Positions 9,045 to 19,173 are shown, counted from the stretch's first letter. The stretch is DNA of 64,000 bases from an uncultured Chromatiales bacterium (GCA_965602395.1 CBFCYW010000006.1:5171-69170), one strand, 5' to 3'. Notes: generated by a model from the letters alone, not told the origin. A program made the numbers and translations.

Positions 9045-10583
9045 ATGCCCAAAACCCACGCCCGACCGAATCTGCTCATCGTCATGGCCGACCAGCTCGC
9101 GCCGCAGTTTCTGCCCTGCTACGGCCACCCGCTGGTGCAGGCGCCGAACCTGCAAAAGCTGGCCGATGAAGGCGTGATATTCGATGCCGCCTACACCAAC
9201 TCGCCGCTCTGCGCACCGTCGCGCTGCGTGATGATGAGCGGCCGCCTGCCGGCGCAGATCGCCGCCTGGGACAACGCCGTGGAATTCCGCTCGGAGATTC
9301 CCACCTTCGCCCACTATCTGGCCGCCGAGGGCTACCACACCTGCCTCAGCGGCAAGATGCACTTCGTCGGCGCCGACCAGCTGCACGGCTACGCGCGACG
9401 CCTGACCACCGATGTCTACCCGGCGGATTTCACCTGGCACCCGCAGTGGGACAAGCCCGGCGAGCGGCTCGACTGGTACCACAACATGGAGGTGGTGACG
9501 AAAGCCGGCGAGTGCCTGAGCTCGATGTATCTGGACTACGACGACGAGGCGGTTTTTCAGGCCCGGCGCTATCTGTTCGAGCGCGCCCGCGGTGCCGACG
9601 ACGACCAGCAACCCTTTATGCTCACCGTGTCGATGATCCAGCCGCACGACCCCTACCTGTGCCGGCCGGAGAACTGGGCGCTGTACCGCGACGACGACAT
9701 CGATCTGCCCGCCGTGCCCCACGGCAGCGTCACCGAAGATCCGCACAGCGCCCGCCTGCGCCACAGCTACGGCGCCAGCGATGTGCAGCTCGACGAGGCC
9801 ACGCTGCGCCGCGCGCGCCACGCCTACTACGGCTCGGTGAGCGATGTGGATGCCAAGCTGGGCCAGCTGCTACAGACGCTGGAGGAAACCGGCTTTGCCG
9901 ACAACACCGTGGTGCTGTTCGTCGCCGACCACGGCGACATGCTCGGCGAGCGCGGCCTGTGGTTCAAAATGAGCTACTTCGAGCACTCGGCGCGGGTGCC
10001 GCTGATCGTCCACGCGCCGCAACGCTTCCGGCACCGCCGCGTCGCCGAGGCCGTCTCGCTGGTGGATCTGCTGCCGACGCTGGTGGAGCTGGCCCGCGAC
10101 GGCCGCGCCGGCGACTACGCCACGCCGCTGGAGGGGCGCTCGCTGCTGCCCCATCTCAACGGCAGCGGCGGCCACGACGAGGTGATCGGCGAATACTTCG
10201 GCGAGGGCATCTGCGAGCCGCTGTACATGCTGCGCCGCGGCAGCCGGAAGCTGATCCACGCCGCCGGAGACCCGCCGCAATTCTACGATCTGGCCCGCGA
10301 CCCGAACGAGACCGACAACCTCGCCGGCGATTCGCAGCACGCCGCGCAGCACGCCGCGCAGATCGCCGCGCTGACGGCCGAACTGGAAGCCCGCCACGAT
10401 CGCGAGCAGATCACCGCGCGGGTGCTGGAGAGCCAGCGCCGGCGCCGATTCCTCAAGGGCGTGATGCGCCAGCAGGGGCTGTCCTGGGATCACCAGCCGC
10501 ACAGCGATGCGGCCAACAGCTTTGTGCGCAATACCCTGCCCATCTACGAACTCGAAAAACGCGCGCGCTTCCCGCGCGCCTGA
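9045..10583 (+). CDS. betC: choline-sulfatase-like enzyme
   Basis: PNLLIVMADQL, sulfatase CxPxR motif (SPLCAPSR), GKMHFVG, RLTTDVYPADF, DHGDMLGERGLWFKM, BetC-type C-terminus ESQRRR...WDHQP. Confidence 0.88.
   Translation: MPKTHARPNLLIVMADQLAPQFLPCYGHPLVQAPNLQKLADEGVIFDAAYTNSPLCAPSRCVMMSGRLPAQIAAWDNAVEFRSEIPTFAHYLAAEGYHTCLSGKMHFVGADQLHGYARRLTTDVYPADFTWHPQWDKPGERLDWYHNMEVVTKAGECLSSMYLDYDDEAVFQARRYLFERARGADDDQQPFMLTVSMIQPHDPYLCRPENWALYRDDDIDLPAVPHGSVTEDPHSARLRHSYGASDVQLDEATLRRARHAYYGSVSDVDAKLGQLLQTLEETGFADNTVVLFVADHGDMLGERGLWFKMSYFEHSARVPLIVHAPQRFRHRRVAEAVSLVDLLPTLVELARDGRAGDYATPLEGRSLLPHLNGSGGHDEVIGEYFGEGICEPLYMLRRGSRKLIHAAGDPPQFYDLARDPNETDNLAGDSQHAAQHAAQIAALTAELEARHDREQITARVLESQRRRRFLKGVMRQQGLSWDHQPHSDAANSFVRNTLPIYELEKRARFPRA
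10335..10361 (+). repeat. 12-bp in-frame tandem duplication (QHAA QHAA Q)
   Basis: CAGCACGCCGCG x2 + CAG. Confidence 0.8.
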
Positions 10584-10595
10584 CGGAGGCTACCG

Positions 10596-11738
10596 ATGCA
10601 ACAGCTACCCACCGAGCAGGACATCCGCCAGATCGGCCGCGGCTTCGATCCCGATCCGGCCAGATCCTCATCCATCGATACCCGTTGCTATGTCGATCCG
10701 GGCTTTCTGCAGCTGGAACGCGAGCAGGTGTTCTGGCGCAGCTGGCAGTTCGTCTGCCACGCCGAGGCATTGCGCGAAGCGGGCAGCTATGTGACGGCGG
10801 ATGTGCAGGGCCGCAGCATCGCCGCGCTGCGCGGCCACGATGGCCAGCTGCGCGCCTTTTACAACGTCTGCAAACACCGCGGCCACGAGCTGCTCTCCGG
10901 CAGCGGCAAGACGCGCATGATCACCTGCCCCTACCACGCCTGGACCTACCAGGCCGACGGCCAGCTGCGCGCCGCCCGCGGCAGCGAGAAGATCGTCGGT
11001 TTCGATCGCCAAGCCTGCAGGCTCGACGCGGTGCAGATCGAAGAATTCTGCAGCCTGATCTTCGTCAATCTCGATCCGCAGGCCGCGCCGCTGGCGGAGC
11101 AGAGCGGCAGCCTGGCGGATGAGCTCAACAGCTACGCACCGGATCTGTCCCGGCTGACCTTCGCCCACCGCCTGACCTACACCATCAAGGCCAACTGGAA
11201 GTCGGTGGTCGATAACTTTCTCGAGTGCTACCACTGCGACGTCGCCCACAAGGATTTCGTCACTCTGGTGGACATGGACAGCTACAAGGTGCAAACCCAC
11301 GGCATCTGGTCCAGCCACATGGCTCGCGCCGGGCTCACCGAAAACAAGGCCTATTCGGTCGAAAACGCCACCGTCACCGACCACGCGGTGTGGTTCCTGT
11401 GGCCCAACACCACGCTGATGCGCTACCCCGGCCGGGGCAATTTCATGGTCTGGAAATTCATCCCGCTGGGGCCGGAGGAAACCTACGAGGAGTTCGACAT
11501 CTTCCTCGAGGACGACACCCCCAACGAGGCCGAGCGCGAAGCGCTGCGCTTCATCGACGAAGTGCTGCAACCCGAGGACATCGGTCTGGTGGAAAGCGTG
11601 CAGCGCGGCATGAACACCCCGGCCTTCAACTCGGGTCGCTACATGGTCGATCCGCAAGGCTCGGGCCAGAGCGAGCACGCGGTGCACCACTTCCACGGCC
11701 TGATTCTGGACGCCTACCGGCGCGCGTGCGAGTCGTGA
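10596..11738 (+). CDS. Rieske non-heme iron oxygenase, CntA/YeaW (carnitine monooxygenase)-like alpha subunit
   Basis: Rieske CKH...CPYH; NWKxVVDNFLECYHCxxAH iron motif; PEDIGLVESVQRG; GSGQSEHAVHHFH C-terminus. Confidence 0.88.
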   Translation: MQQLPTEQDIRQIGRGFDPDPARSSSIDTRCYVDPGFLQLEREQVFWRSWQFVCHAEALREAGSYVTADVQGRSIAALRGHDGQLRAFYNVCKHRGHELLSGSGKTRMITCPYHAWTYQADGQLRAARGSEKIVGFDRQACRLDAVQIEEFCSLIFVNLDPQAAPLAEQSGSLADELNSYAPDLSRLTFAHRLTYTIKANWKSVVDNFLECYHCDVAHKDFVTLVDMDSYKVQTHGIWSSHMARAGLTENKAYSVENATVTDHAVWFLWPNTTLMRYPGRGNFMVWKFIPLGPEETYEEFDIFLEDDTPNEAEREALRFIDEVLQPEDIGLVESVQRGMNTPAFNSGRYMVDPQGSGQSEHAVHHFHGLILDAYRRACES

Positions 11739-12490
11739 GCGGGGCTCTCGACGGGCGGGTCGCGGTGGTCACCGGCGGCTGTGGCGGCATCGGTCAGGCG
11801 ATCTGCAAGCGCTTCGCCGCCGAGGGCGCGACGGTCTACGCGGCGGACATCGCCGAGGCCGAGCTGCCCGCGGGCGTCGCCTACGCCCGCCACGACGTCA
11901 CCAGTGAAGACAGCGCCAGCGAGCTGATGGCGCGGGTCGAGCGCGAGCAGGGCCAGCTGCACGTGCTGGTCAACGCGGCCGGCATCGAGATCGAAAAGAC
12001 CATCGAGGAAACCAGCCTCGACGAGTGGAACCGGATCTTCGCCATCAACGTCAGCGGCACCTTCCTGACCTCAAAAAAGGCGCTGCCGCTGATGCGCCTG
12101 GCCGGCAGCGGCTCGATCGTCAACTTCGGCTCCTACGACGGCTTCATCGCCGACCCCGGGCTGGCCGCCTACTGCGCCACCAAGGGCGCGGTGCACGCGC
12201 TGACCCGCGCCATGGCCTGCGATTGCGGGCCGGACAATATCCGCGTCAACGCCATCTGCCCCGGCTACATCGACACACCGATGCTGCAGAGCTTCTTCGG
12301 CTCCTCCGGCGACATCGAAAGCCTGAAGAGCGAGGTGCGCCGGGTGCACCCCATCGGCCGCTACGGCACGCCCGAAGACGTGGCCAACCTGGTCAACTGG
12401 CTGGCCGGCGACGAGGCGCGCTACGCCTCCGGCCAGCTGTGGGTGCTGGACGGCGGGCTGACCGCACAAGTGCAACAAATGCGTGTCTGA
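11735..12490 (+). CDS. short-chain dehydrogenase/reductase
   Basis: TGGCGGIG, VNAAG, YCATK (YxxxK); GTGA overlap with the oxygenase stop. Confidence 0.92.
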   Translation: MSGALDGRVAVVTGGCGGIGQAICKRFAAEGATVYAADIAEAELPAGVAYARHDVTSEDSASELMARVEREQGQLHVLVNAAGIEIEKTIEETSLDEWNRIFAINVSGTFLTSKKALPLMRLAGSGSIVNFGSYDGFIADPGLAAYCATKGAVHALTRAMACDCGPDNIRVNAICPGYIDTPMLQSFFGSSGDIESLKSEVRRVHPIGRYGTPEDVANLVNWLAGDEARYASGQLWVLDGGLTAQVQQMRV

Positions 12491-12503
12491 GGGAGGTTCA
12501 AGC

Positions 12504-13433
12504 ATGTCCAAACCGATCATTATCAGCTGCGCCGTCACCGGCGGCATCCACACACCGAGCATGTCGCCGCACCTGCCGATCACCCCGGCGCAGATCGCCG
12601 AGCAATCCATCGGCGCGGCCGAGGCCGGCGCCTCGATCATCCATCTGCACGCCCGCGATCCGCTAGACGGCCGGCCGACGCCGGACCCGGAGGTATTCAT
12701 GCAATTCCTGCCGGTGATCAAATCCGGCTGCGATGCGGTGGTCAACATCTCCACCGGCGGCGGGCTGGGCATGAGCCTGGAGCAACGCCTCGCCGCGGCG
12801 ATGCGCGCGGCGCCGGAGATGGCCTCGCTGAACATGGGTTCGCTGAACTTCGGCATCTTCCCGATGAAGGACAAATACCAGGATTGGCAGCACGATTGGG
12901 AGCCGGCCTTTCTGGAGATGACCCGCGACTTCATCTTCCGCAACACCTTCGCCGACATCGAGCACGTGCTGATGACCCTCGGCGAAGAGCACGGCACGCG
13001 CTTTGAGATGGAGTGCTACGACCTCGGCCACCTGTACAACGTGGCGCACTTCGTCGATCGCGGGCTGATCAAGCCGCCGTTCTTCATTCAGATGATCTTC
13101 GGCATTCTCGGCGGCGTCGGCGCCGATCTGGACAATCTCACCCACATGCACCGGGTCGCCGAGCGGCTGTTCGGCGACGACTTCGAATGGTCGGTGCTGG
13201 CCGCCGGCAAACACCAGATGAAGTTCGCCACCACCGCCGCGCTGCTCGGTGGCAACCTGCGCGTCGGACTGGAGGACAGCCTGTATCTGGGCGCCGGCCA
13301 GCTGGCGCAGAGCAATGCCCAGCAGGTGGCCAGGATCCGCCGCATCGTCGAGGACCTGTCGCTGCAGATCGCCACACCGGCCGAAGCGCGCCAGCGGCTG
13401 GGACTCAAGGGCGGCGATCAGGTCGCCTTTTGA
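12504..13433 (+). CDS. beta-keto acid cleavage enzyme (BKACE/DUF849)
   Basis: IISCAVTGGIHTP, IHLHARDP (HxH metal ligands), LRVGLEDS. Confidence 0.92.
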   Translation: MSKPIIISCAVTGGIHTPSMSPHLPITPAQIAEQSIGAAEAGASIIHLHARDPLDGRPTPDPEVFMQFLPVIKSGCDAVVNISTGGGLGMSLEQRLAAAMRAAPEMASLNMGSLNFGIFPMKDKYQDWQHDWEPAFLEMTRDFIFRNTFADIEHVLMTLGEEHGTRFEMECYDLGHLYNVAHFVDRGLIKPPFFIQMIFGILGGVGADLDNLTHMHRVAERLFGDDFEWSVLAAGKHQMKFATTAALLGGNLRVGLEDSLYLGAGQLAQSNAQQVARIRRIVEDLSLQIATPAEARQRLGLKGGDQVAF

Positions 13434-13457
13434 CACAAACGATTCGGAGGAAAACCC

Positions 13458-14882
13458 ATGCAGCCCACCACCAGACTACTGATCGCCGGCGAGCTGGTCG
13501 CAGGCGCCGGCGAAGCCGTGCCGGTGCTCGACCCCTGCAGCGGGCAAAGCATCTGCAGCGTCGCCGAGGCCAGCGCCGAGCAGGTCGATGCCGCGGTGCG
13601 CGCGGCGAGCGAGGCCTTCCCCGCCTACGCCGCGACCACCCCCGGCGAGCGCGCCGCGCTGATGCTGGCGCTGGCCGACCGACTGGAGGCCGATCTCGAC
13701 AGCTTCGCCGCGCTGGAATCGCTGGATACCGGCAAGCCGCTGGCCGCGGCGGCGGAGGAGGTCGGCGCCTGCGTCGATCTGTTCCGCTTCATGGCCGGCG
13801 CCTGCCGCTGCCTGAGCGGCCCGGCCGCCGGCGAATACATGGCCGGCTTCACCTCGATGATCCGCCGCGATCCGGTCGGCGTGGTGGCCAGCATCGCGCC
13901 GTGGAACTACCCGCTGATGATGGCCGCGTGGAAGATCGCCCCGGCGCTGGCCAGCGGCTGCACGCTGGTGCTCAAGCCCTCCGAGCTGACCCCGCTGTCG
14001 GCGCTCAAGCTCGCCGAGCTGCTCGGCGAGATCTACCCGGCGGGTGTGGTCAGCGTGCTGTCCGGGCGCGGCGCCAGCACCGGCGACCGGCTGATCAATC
14101 ACGACGCGGTGGAATTCATCTCGCTGACCGGCTCGATCCGCACCGCCACGCGGGTGCTGGAAGCGGCCTCGAAAACCATCAAGCACACCCATCTCGAACT
14201 GGGCGGCAAGGCGCCGGTGATCGTCTTCGACGACGCCGATCTGGAAGCGGTGGTCGAGGGCGTGCGCGGCTTTTCCTACTACAACGCCGGGCAGGACTGC
14301 ACCCAGCCCTGCCGCCTGTACGTGGCCGACAAACTCTACGACCGGCTGGTCGCCGATCTCGGCAGCGCCATCGGCTCGATCAACACCGGCCTGCCACAGG
14401 ACGACGACGTGGAGATGGGGCCGATCATCAGCGAGGCCCAATTCCAGCGTGTGCAGGGCATGGTCGATCGCGCCGCCAGCGCCGGCCACATGGAGATCGT
14501 CACCGGCGGCCGCGCCAGCGGCAACGGCTTCTTCTACCAGCCGACGCTGATCGCCAACGCCCAGCAGGGCGACGAGGTGGTGCGCGAGGAAATCTTCGGC
14601 CCGGTGGTCACCGCCAGCCGCTTCAGCGACGTCGATCAGGCGGTCGACTGGGCCAACGACACCCGCTACGGGCTGGCGTCTTCGGTGTGGACCAAAGACA
14701 TCGGCCGGGCGATGGCCACCGTGGCGCGGCTGCGCTACGGCATCACCTGGGTCAACACCCATCTGGTCGGCGTCTCGGAGATGCCCCACGGCGGCATGAA
14801 AAGCTCCGGCTACGGCAAGGATATGTCGATCTTCGCGCTGGAGGACTACAGCGTTCCCCGCCACGTGATGATCGCCCACTGA
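13458..14882 (+). CDS. aldehyde dehydrogenase, aminobutyraldehyde-dehydrogenase (PatD/YdcW)-like
   Basis: [30 protein letters not shown] catalytic Cys, [22 protein letters not shown]. Confidence 0.9.
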   Translation: MQPTTRLLIAGELVAGAGEAVPVLDPCSGQSICSVAEASAEQVDAAVRAASEAFPAYAATTPGERAALMLALADRLEADLDSFAALESLDTGKPLAAAAEEVGACVDLFRFMAGACRCLSGPAAGEYMAGFTSMIRRDPVGVVASIAPWNYPLMMAAWKIAPALASGCTLVLKPSELTPLSALKLAELLGEIYPAGVVSVLSGRGASTGDRLINHDAVEFISLTGSIRTATRVLEAASKTIKHTHLELGGKAPVIVFDDADLEAVVEGVRGFSYYNAGQDCTQPCRLYVADKLYDRLVADLGSAIGSINTGLPQDDDVEMGPIISEAQFQRVQGMVDRAASAGHMEIVTGGRASGNGFFYQPTLIANAQQGDEVVREEIFGPVVTASRFSDVDQAVDWANDTRYGLASSVWTKDIGRAMATVARLRYGITWVNTHLVGVSEMPHGGMKSSGYGKDMSIFALEDYSVPRHVMIAH

Positions 14883-14892
14883 GGTCGCCGCA

Positions 14893-15657
14893 ATGACTGG
14901 ACAACTAACGGGCAAAACCGCCGTGGTCACCGGCGGCGGCAAGGGTATCGGGCGCGGCATCGTCGAAGCCTTCGCCGCCGCCGGCGCGCAGGTGCTGACC
15001 TGCGGCCGCGCTGCGCAGGCGCAACTGCCGGCCGGCTGCGAATGGCTGCAGGCCGACATCAGCGACAATGCCGGCGTCGACGCACTGGCCGCGCGCGCCG
15101 AGGCGCTGTTCGGCCGGCTCGACATTCTGGTCAACAACGCCGGCGTGCAGGTGGAGAAAACCGTCGTCGACAGCAGCGACGAGGACTGGCGGCAGGTGAT
15201 CGGCGTCAACGCCCGCGGGGTGTTCCTCTGCTGCCGGCGATTTATCCCGCTGATGGCCGCCGGAGGCGGCGGCAGCATCATCAACATCGGCTCGATCAGC
15301 GGCGATCACGCCGATCCACAGATGGCGCTGTACAACGCCTCGAAAGCCTTCGTCCACGGGCTGACGCGATCGATAGCCGTGGATCACGGCGCCGAGGGCA
15401 TTCGCTGCAACGCCATCCGCCCCGGCTGGATCGACACCGGCATGGCCGAAGCGGCCTTCGCACTGGCCGGCCAGCCGCAGGCCGCGCGCCGCGACGCGCT
15501 GGCGCGCCACGCCGTCGGCCGGCTCGGCCAGCCGTCGGATATCGCCGCCGCGGCGCTGTGGCTGGGCAGCGATAGCTCGGCCTTTGTCAGCGGACAGATG
15601 ATCACCATCGACGGCGGATTGATCGCAGCCTCACCGCTGCGGCCCAGCCTGTTCTGA
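14893..15657 (+). CDS. short-chain dehydrogenase/reductase
   Basis: TGGGKGIG, VNNAG, YNASK. Confidence 0.92.
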   Translation: MTGQLTGKTAVVTGGGKGIGRGIVEAFAAAGAQVLTCGRAAQAQLPAGCEWLQADISDNAGVDALAARAEALFGRLDILVNNAGVQVEKTVVDSSDEDWRQVIGVNARGVFLCCRRFIPLMAAGGGGSIINIGSISGDHADPQMALYNASKAFVHGLTRSIAVDHGAEGIRCNAIRPGWIDTGMAEAAFALAGQPQAARRDALARHAVGRLGQPSDIAAAALWLGSDSSAFVSGQMITIDGGLIAASPLRPSLF

Positions 15658-15672
15658 TCTGGAGAACACCCA

Positions 15673-16614
15673 ATGCACAATCAAATCGAAGTCGTCGGCC
15701 TGGTCGGCGGCGGCGTTATCGGCGCCAGCTGGGCGGCACTGTTTCTGGCCGCCGGCCACGAGGTCGATCTGTTCGACCCGGCGGCGCACGCCGAGGCCCA
15801 CGCACGCGACTACATCGAACGGGCCTGGCCTGCGCTGGAGCAGCTCGGGCTGATCCGCCCGGGTGCCAGCGCCGATCGGCTGCGCTGCGTCGGCGACGCC
15901 GCCAGCGCCGTGCGCCGCGCCCAGTTCGTGCAGGAGAGCGTGCCCGAGCGGATGCCCATCAAGCACGAGACCTACCGGCTGATCGAACCGGCACTGGCGC
16001 CGGAGGCGATCGTCGCCAGCAGCTCCTCGGGGCTGCTGATGAGCGAGATGCTGCGCGGCTGGAACAAGCCGGCGCGCTTCATCCTCGGCCACCCCTTCAA
16101 CCCGCCGCACCTGATCCCGCTGGTCGAGCTGCTCGGCACCGAGCACACCGAGGCGGGCGTGCTGGACGCCGCCGCGGCGTTTTACGAGCGCTGCGGCAAG
16201 GTCACCATCCGCGTCAATAAGGAGGTGCCGGCGCACGTCGCCAACCGGCTGCAGGCGGCGCTGTGGCGCGAGGCGGTCAATCTGGTGGTCGAGGGCGTGG
16301 CCAGCGTCGAGGATGTCGACAAGGCGGTCACCGCCGGGCCGGGGCTGCGCTGGTCGGTGATGGGGCCGCACATGCTGTTCAGCCTGGGCAGCGGCGGGCA
16401 GGGCATCGACGGCTTCTGCGAGCGCTACGGCGACAGCTTCCACACCTGGTGGGACAGCCTCGGCGCGCCGCGCCTGAACGCGGAAACCGCCGCCAAACTG
16501 GCCGCGGGCATCACCGTGGAGGAGCGCGGGCGCAGCTTTGAATCGCTGGCCGCCGAACGCGACGCCAAACTGGTGGCGGCGATGCGCGCGCTGGCGGCGC
16601 CGGATCAGCACTGA
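15673..16614 (+). CDS. 3-hydroxyacyl-CoA dehydrogenase family protein (carnitine 3-dehydrogenase / lambda-crystallin-like)
   Basis: GGGVIGASW, QESVPE, SSSSGL, GHPFNPPHLIPLVE, ANRLQAALWRE, GPGLRW. Confidence 0.88.
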   Translation: MHNQIEVVGLVGGGVIGASWAALFLAAGHEVDLFDPAAHAEAHARDYIERAWPALEQLGLIRPGASADRLRCVGDAASAVRRAQFVQESVPERMPIKHETYRLIEPALAPEAIVASSSSGLLMSEMLRGWNKPARFILGHPFNPPHLIPLVELLGTEHTEAGVLDAAAAFYERCGKVTIRVNKEVPAHVANRLQAALWREAVNLVVEGVASVEDVDKAVTAGPGLRWSVMGPHMLFSLGSGGQGIDGFCERYGDSFHTWWDSLGAPRLNAETAAKLAAGITVEERGRSFESLAAERDAKLVAAMRALAAPDQH

Positions 16615-16647
16615 GCCGCCATCGCCAGCGGCATCAAGCCGTCGGCA

Positions 16648-17004
16648 TCAGTCGGGCGGCAGGCAGACCCAGCCGTCGACCAGCTCCACCGCCACCGGCT
16701 GCAGCGATCGCCCGGGGCAGGGGCCGTGCACGCAGCGGCCGCTGCCCGGCTCGAACAGCGCCATGTGCAGGCTGCACTGCAGGTAGCGGCCATCGGCGTC
16801 GAAGAAGCGATCCGGCAGCCAGTTGAGCGGCGCGCCAGTGTGCGGGCAGCTGTTGCGATAGGCGCGCAAGCCATCGCCGTGGCGCAGCAGGATCAGCTCG
16901 TCCCGCCAGCCCGGCTCGCCACCGGGCAGCGGCACGCCGATGGCGCCTTTGCCCGGCAGCTCGCCCACCCGGCAGAGTCGGCGCCGGCTCTCTCGATCAC
17001 TCAT
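16648..17004 (-). CDS. Rieske [2Fe-2S] ferredoxin-type protein
   Basis: NSCPH...CSLH Rieske ligands, GPC. Confidence 0.88.
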   Translation of the reverse strand: MSDRESRRRLCRVGELPGKGAIGVPLPGGEPGWRDELILLRHGDGLRAYRNSCPHTGAPLNWLPDRFFDADGRYLQCSLHMALFEPGSGRCVHGPCPGRSLQPVAVELVDGWVCLPPD

Positions 17005-17092
17005 TCAAACAGTATATCCACGCCCCGCGGCACGCCGGCCATGAGTTATCATTGCGCCCCTTTTCGAGACAGCACAATCGGGGCACAGCAGC

Positions 17093-17551
17093 ATGAGCGA
17101 AGCGGTTTTCGCCACCCCACAGGAGGCCGAGGAAGCCTTCTATGAGGCCTTTGAACGCAGCGATCTGGAGGCGATGATGGCAGTCTGGGCCAAAGACGAC
17201 GGCGTGATCTGCATCCACCCCGGCGCACCGCGGCTGGAGGGGCTCGACGAGATTCGCGAAAGCTGGCGGCAGATCTTCTCCGCCAGCGGAGAACTGAGCT
17301 TCTCCCTCAGCGATGTGCGCTACACCCAGGATTCACTGCTCGCCATCCACCTGCTGCGCGAGGAGATCGCCGTCGCCGGCGAGACCACCGGGGCGATGCT
17401 GACCACCAACGTCTACCAGTTCATCGACGGCAGCTGGCGGATGACCCTGCACCACGCCTCGCCCGACCCCCTCGACGAGGCGGACGACGGCGAGGAGGAG
17501 CTGGCCGAACACGCTGCCGACGCCACTGGCACCGGCATCGTCTACCACTAG
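17093..17551 (+). CDS. SnoaL/NTF2-like domain protein
   Basis: AFYEAFERSDLEAMMAVW, CIHPG, TNVY, WRMTLHHAS. Confidence 0.85.
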   Translation: MSEAVFATPQEAEEAFYEAFERSDLEAMMAVWAKDDGVICIHPGAPRLEGLDEIRESWRQIFSASGELSFSLSDVRYTQDSLLAIHLLREEIAVAGETTGAMLTTNVYQFIDGSWRMTLHHASPDPLDEADDGEEELAEHAADATGTGIVYH

Positions 17552-17565
17552 CGGGGGCGCAGCAG

Positions 17566-19122
17566 ATGCCCACTAACAGCCAGCGCGGCGCGGTCGCCGC
17601 CGGCCACCCGCGCACCGCCGAGGCGGCGGCCGAGATCCTGCGCGCCGGCGGCAATGCCTTCGACGCCGCCTGCGCGGCGCTGGCCACCGCCTGCGCCGCC
17701 GAGCCGGTGCTCGCCTCGCTGGGCGGCGGCGGCTTCCTCAACGCCCAGCCCGCCGGGAAGTCCCCGCTGCTGTACGATTTTTTCGTGCAGACGCCGCGCC
17801 AGCAATGCCCGCCGGACGAATGCGACTTCTACCCGATCACCGCCGACTTCGGCAACGCCACCCAGGATTTCCACATCGGCCTCGGCAGCATCGCCACGCC
17901 GGGGCTGGTGCGCGGCCTGTTCGCGGTGCACGGCGACCTCGGCCGGATGCCGCTCGCCGAAGTACTGCAACCGGCGATCCACGCCGCTCGCGAAGGTGTC
18001 GAGATCAACCCGCTGCAGGCCTACATCAGCAACATCGTGGCAGCCATCTTCACCGCCAGCCCGGCGGCCATCGCAACCTTCCGCGGCGGTGCCGGGCCCG
18101 GGCAGCGCATCCTCGCCGGCGAGCAGCGGCGCTTTGCGGAGCTGGCCGATCTGCTGGATAGCCTGGCCGGCGAGGGCGAGGATCTGTTCTACCGCGGCGA
18201 GGTAGCGCAGCGGCTGGTGGCGATGTGCGCCAGCGGCGGCGGCCACCTGCGCGCCGAGGATCTCGCCGGGTATCGCGTCGCGCGTCGCGAACCACTGGCG
18301 GTGGCGCACGGCGACTGGCGCCTGTACAGCAATCCGCCGCCATCCTCCGGTGGCCTGCTGGTGGCCTTCGGCCTGCGCCTGATGGAGGCCGCCGGCGGCG
18401 CGGCGCTGGAATTTGGCGACGGCGACCGGCTGCGCCTGCTGGCACAGAGCATGGCGCTGACCCAGAAAGCGCGCCTGGATGCCCACGTCGACGAGGGCGG
18501 CGAGCGCATGCTGCGCCTGCTGGCGCCCGACTACCTGGCCAGCTATCAGCGCGAGATCGCCGGCCGCGCCGCCGCGCTGCGCGGCACCACGCACATCAGC
18601 GTAGCCGACGCGGCGGGCAATCTGGCGGCGCTGACGGTATCCAACGGCGAGGGCTGCGGGCAGGTGGTGCCCGGCTGTGGCTTCATGCCCAACAACATGC
18701 TCGGCGAGGAGGATCTCAACCCCGGCGGCTTCATGCGCTGGGCCTGCGACCAGCGGATGACCTCGATGATGGCGCCGACCCTCGGCGCACACCGCGATGG
18801 CCGGCGGCTGATCACCGGCTCCGGCGGCTCCAACCGCATTCGCTCGGCGCTGCTGCAGGTGCTGCTGAATATCATCGACCACGACATGCCGGCGGAGCGC
18901 GCGGTAGCCGCGCCGCGACTGCATCTGGAGGGCGAACACCTGGCGCTGGAGGCGGGTTTCGCGCGTGACGCCGAAGCCGCGCTGCTCGGCGACTGGCCGG
19001 ATCATCAGCGCTGGGAGGAGCCGAACTTCTTCTTCGGCGGCGCGCACAGCCTGCTGCTCGCCGACAGCGGGATCAGCGGCGCCGGAGACGCTCGCCGCGG
19101 CGGGGTGTTCATCAACGTTTGA
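17566..19122 (+). CDS. gamma-glutamyltransferase family protein
   Basis: GGNAFDAA, LGGGGF, TTHISV (Thr nucleophile), NNMLGE, SMMAP, GSGGS. Confidence 0.9.
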   Translation: MPTNSQRGAVAAGHPRTAEAAAEILRAGGNAFDAACAALATACAAEPVLASLGGGGFLNAQPAGKSPLLYDFFVQTPRQQCPPDECDFYPITADFGNATQDFHIGLGSIATPGLVRGLFAVHGDLGRMPLAEVLQPAIHAAREGVEINPLQAYISNIVAAIFTASPAAIATFRGGAGPGQRILAGEQRRFAELADLLDSLAGEGEDLFYRGEVAQRLVAMCASGGGHLRAEDLAGYRVARREPLAVAHGDWRLYSNPPPSSGGLLVAFGLRLMEAAGGAALEFGDGDRLRLLAQSMALTQKARLDAHVDEGGERMLRLLAPDYLASYQREIAGRAAALRGTTHISVADAAGNLAALTVSNGEGCGQVVPGCGFMPNNMLGEEDLNPGGFMRWACDQRMTSMMAPTLGAHRDGRRLITGSGGSNRIRSALLQVLLNIIDHDMPAERAVAAPRLHLEGEHLALEAGFARDAEAALLGDWPDHQRWEEPNFFFGGAHSLLLADSGISGAGDARRGGVFINV

Positions 19123-19173
19123 GTGTCCGGCCAGAAATGGCCGGCGCGGTGGGCAGCGGTCAACCCCGCCGCT

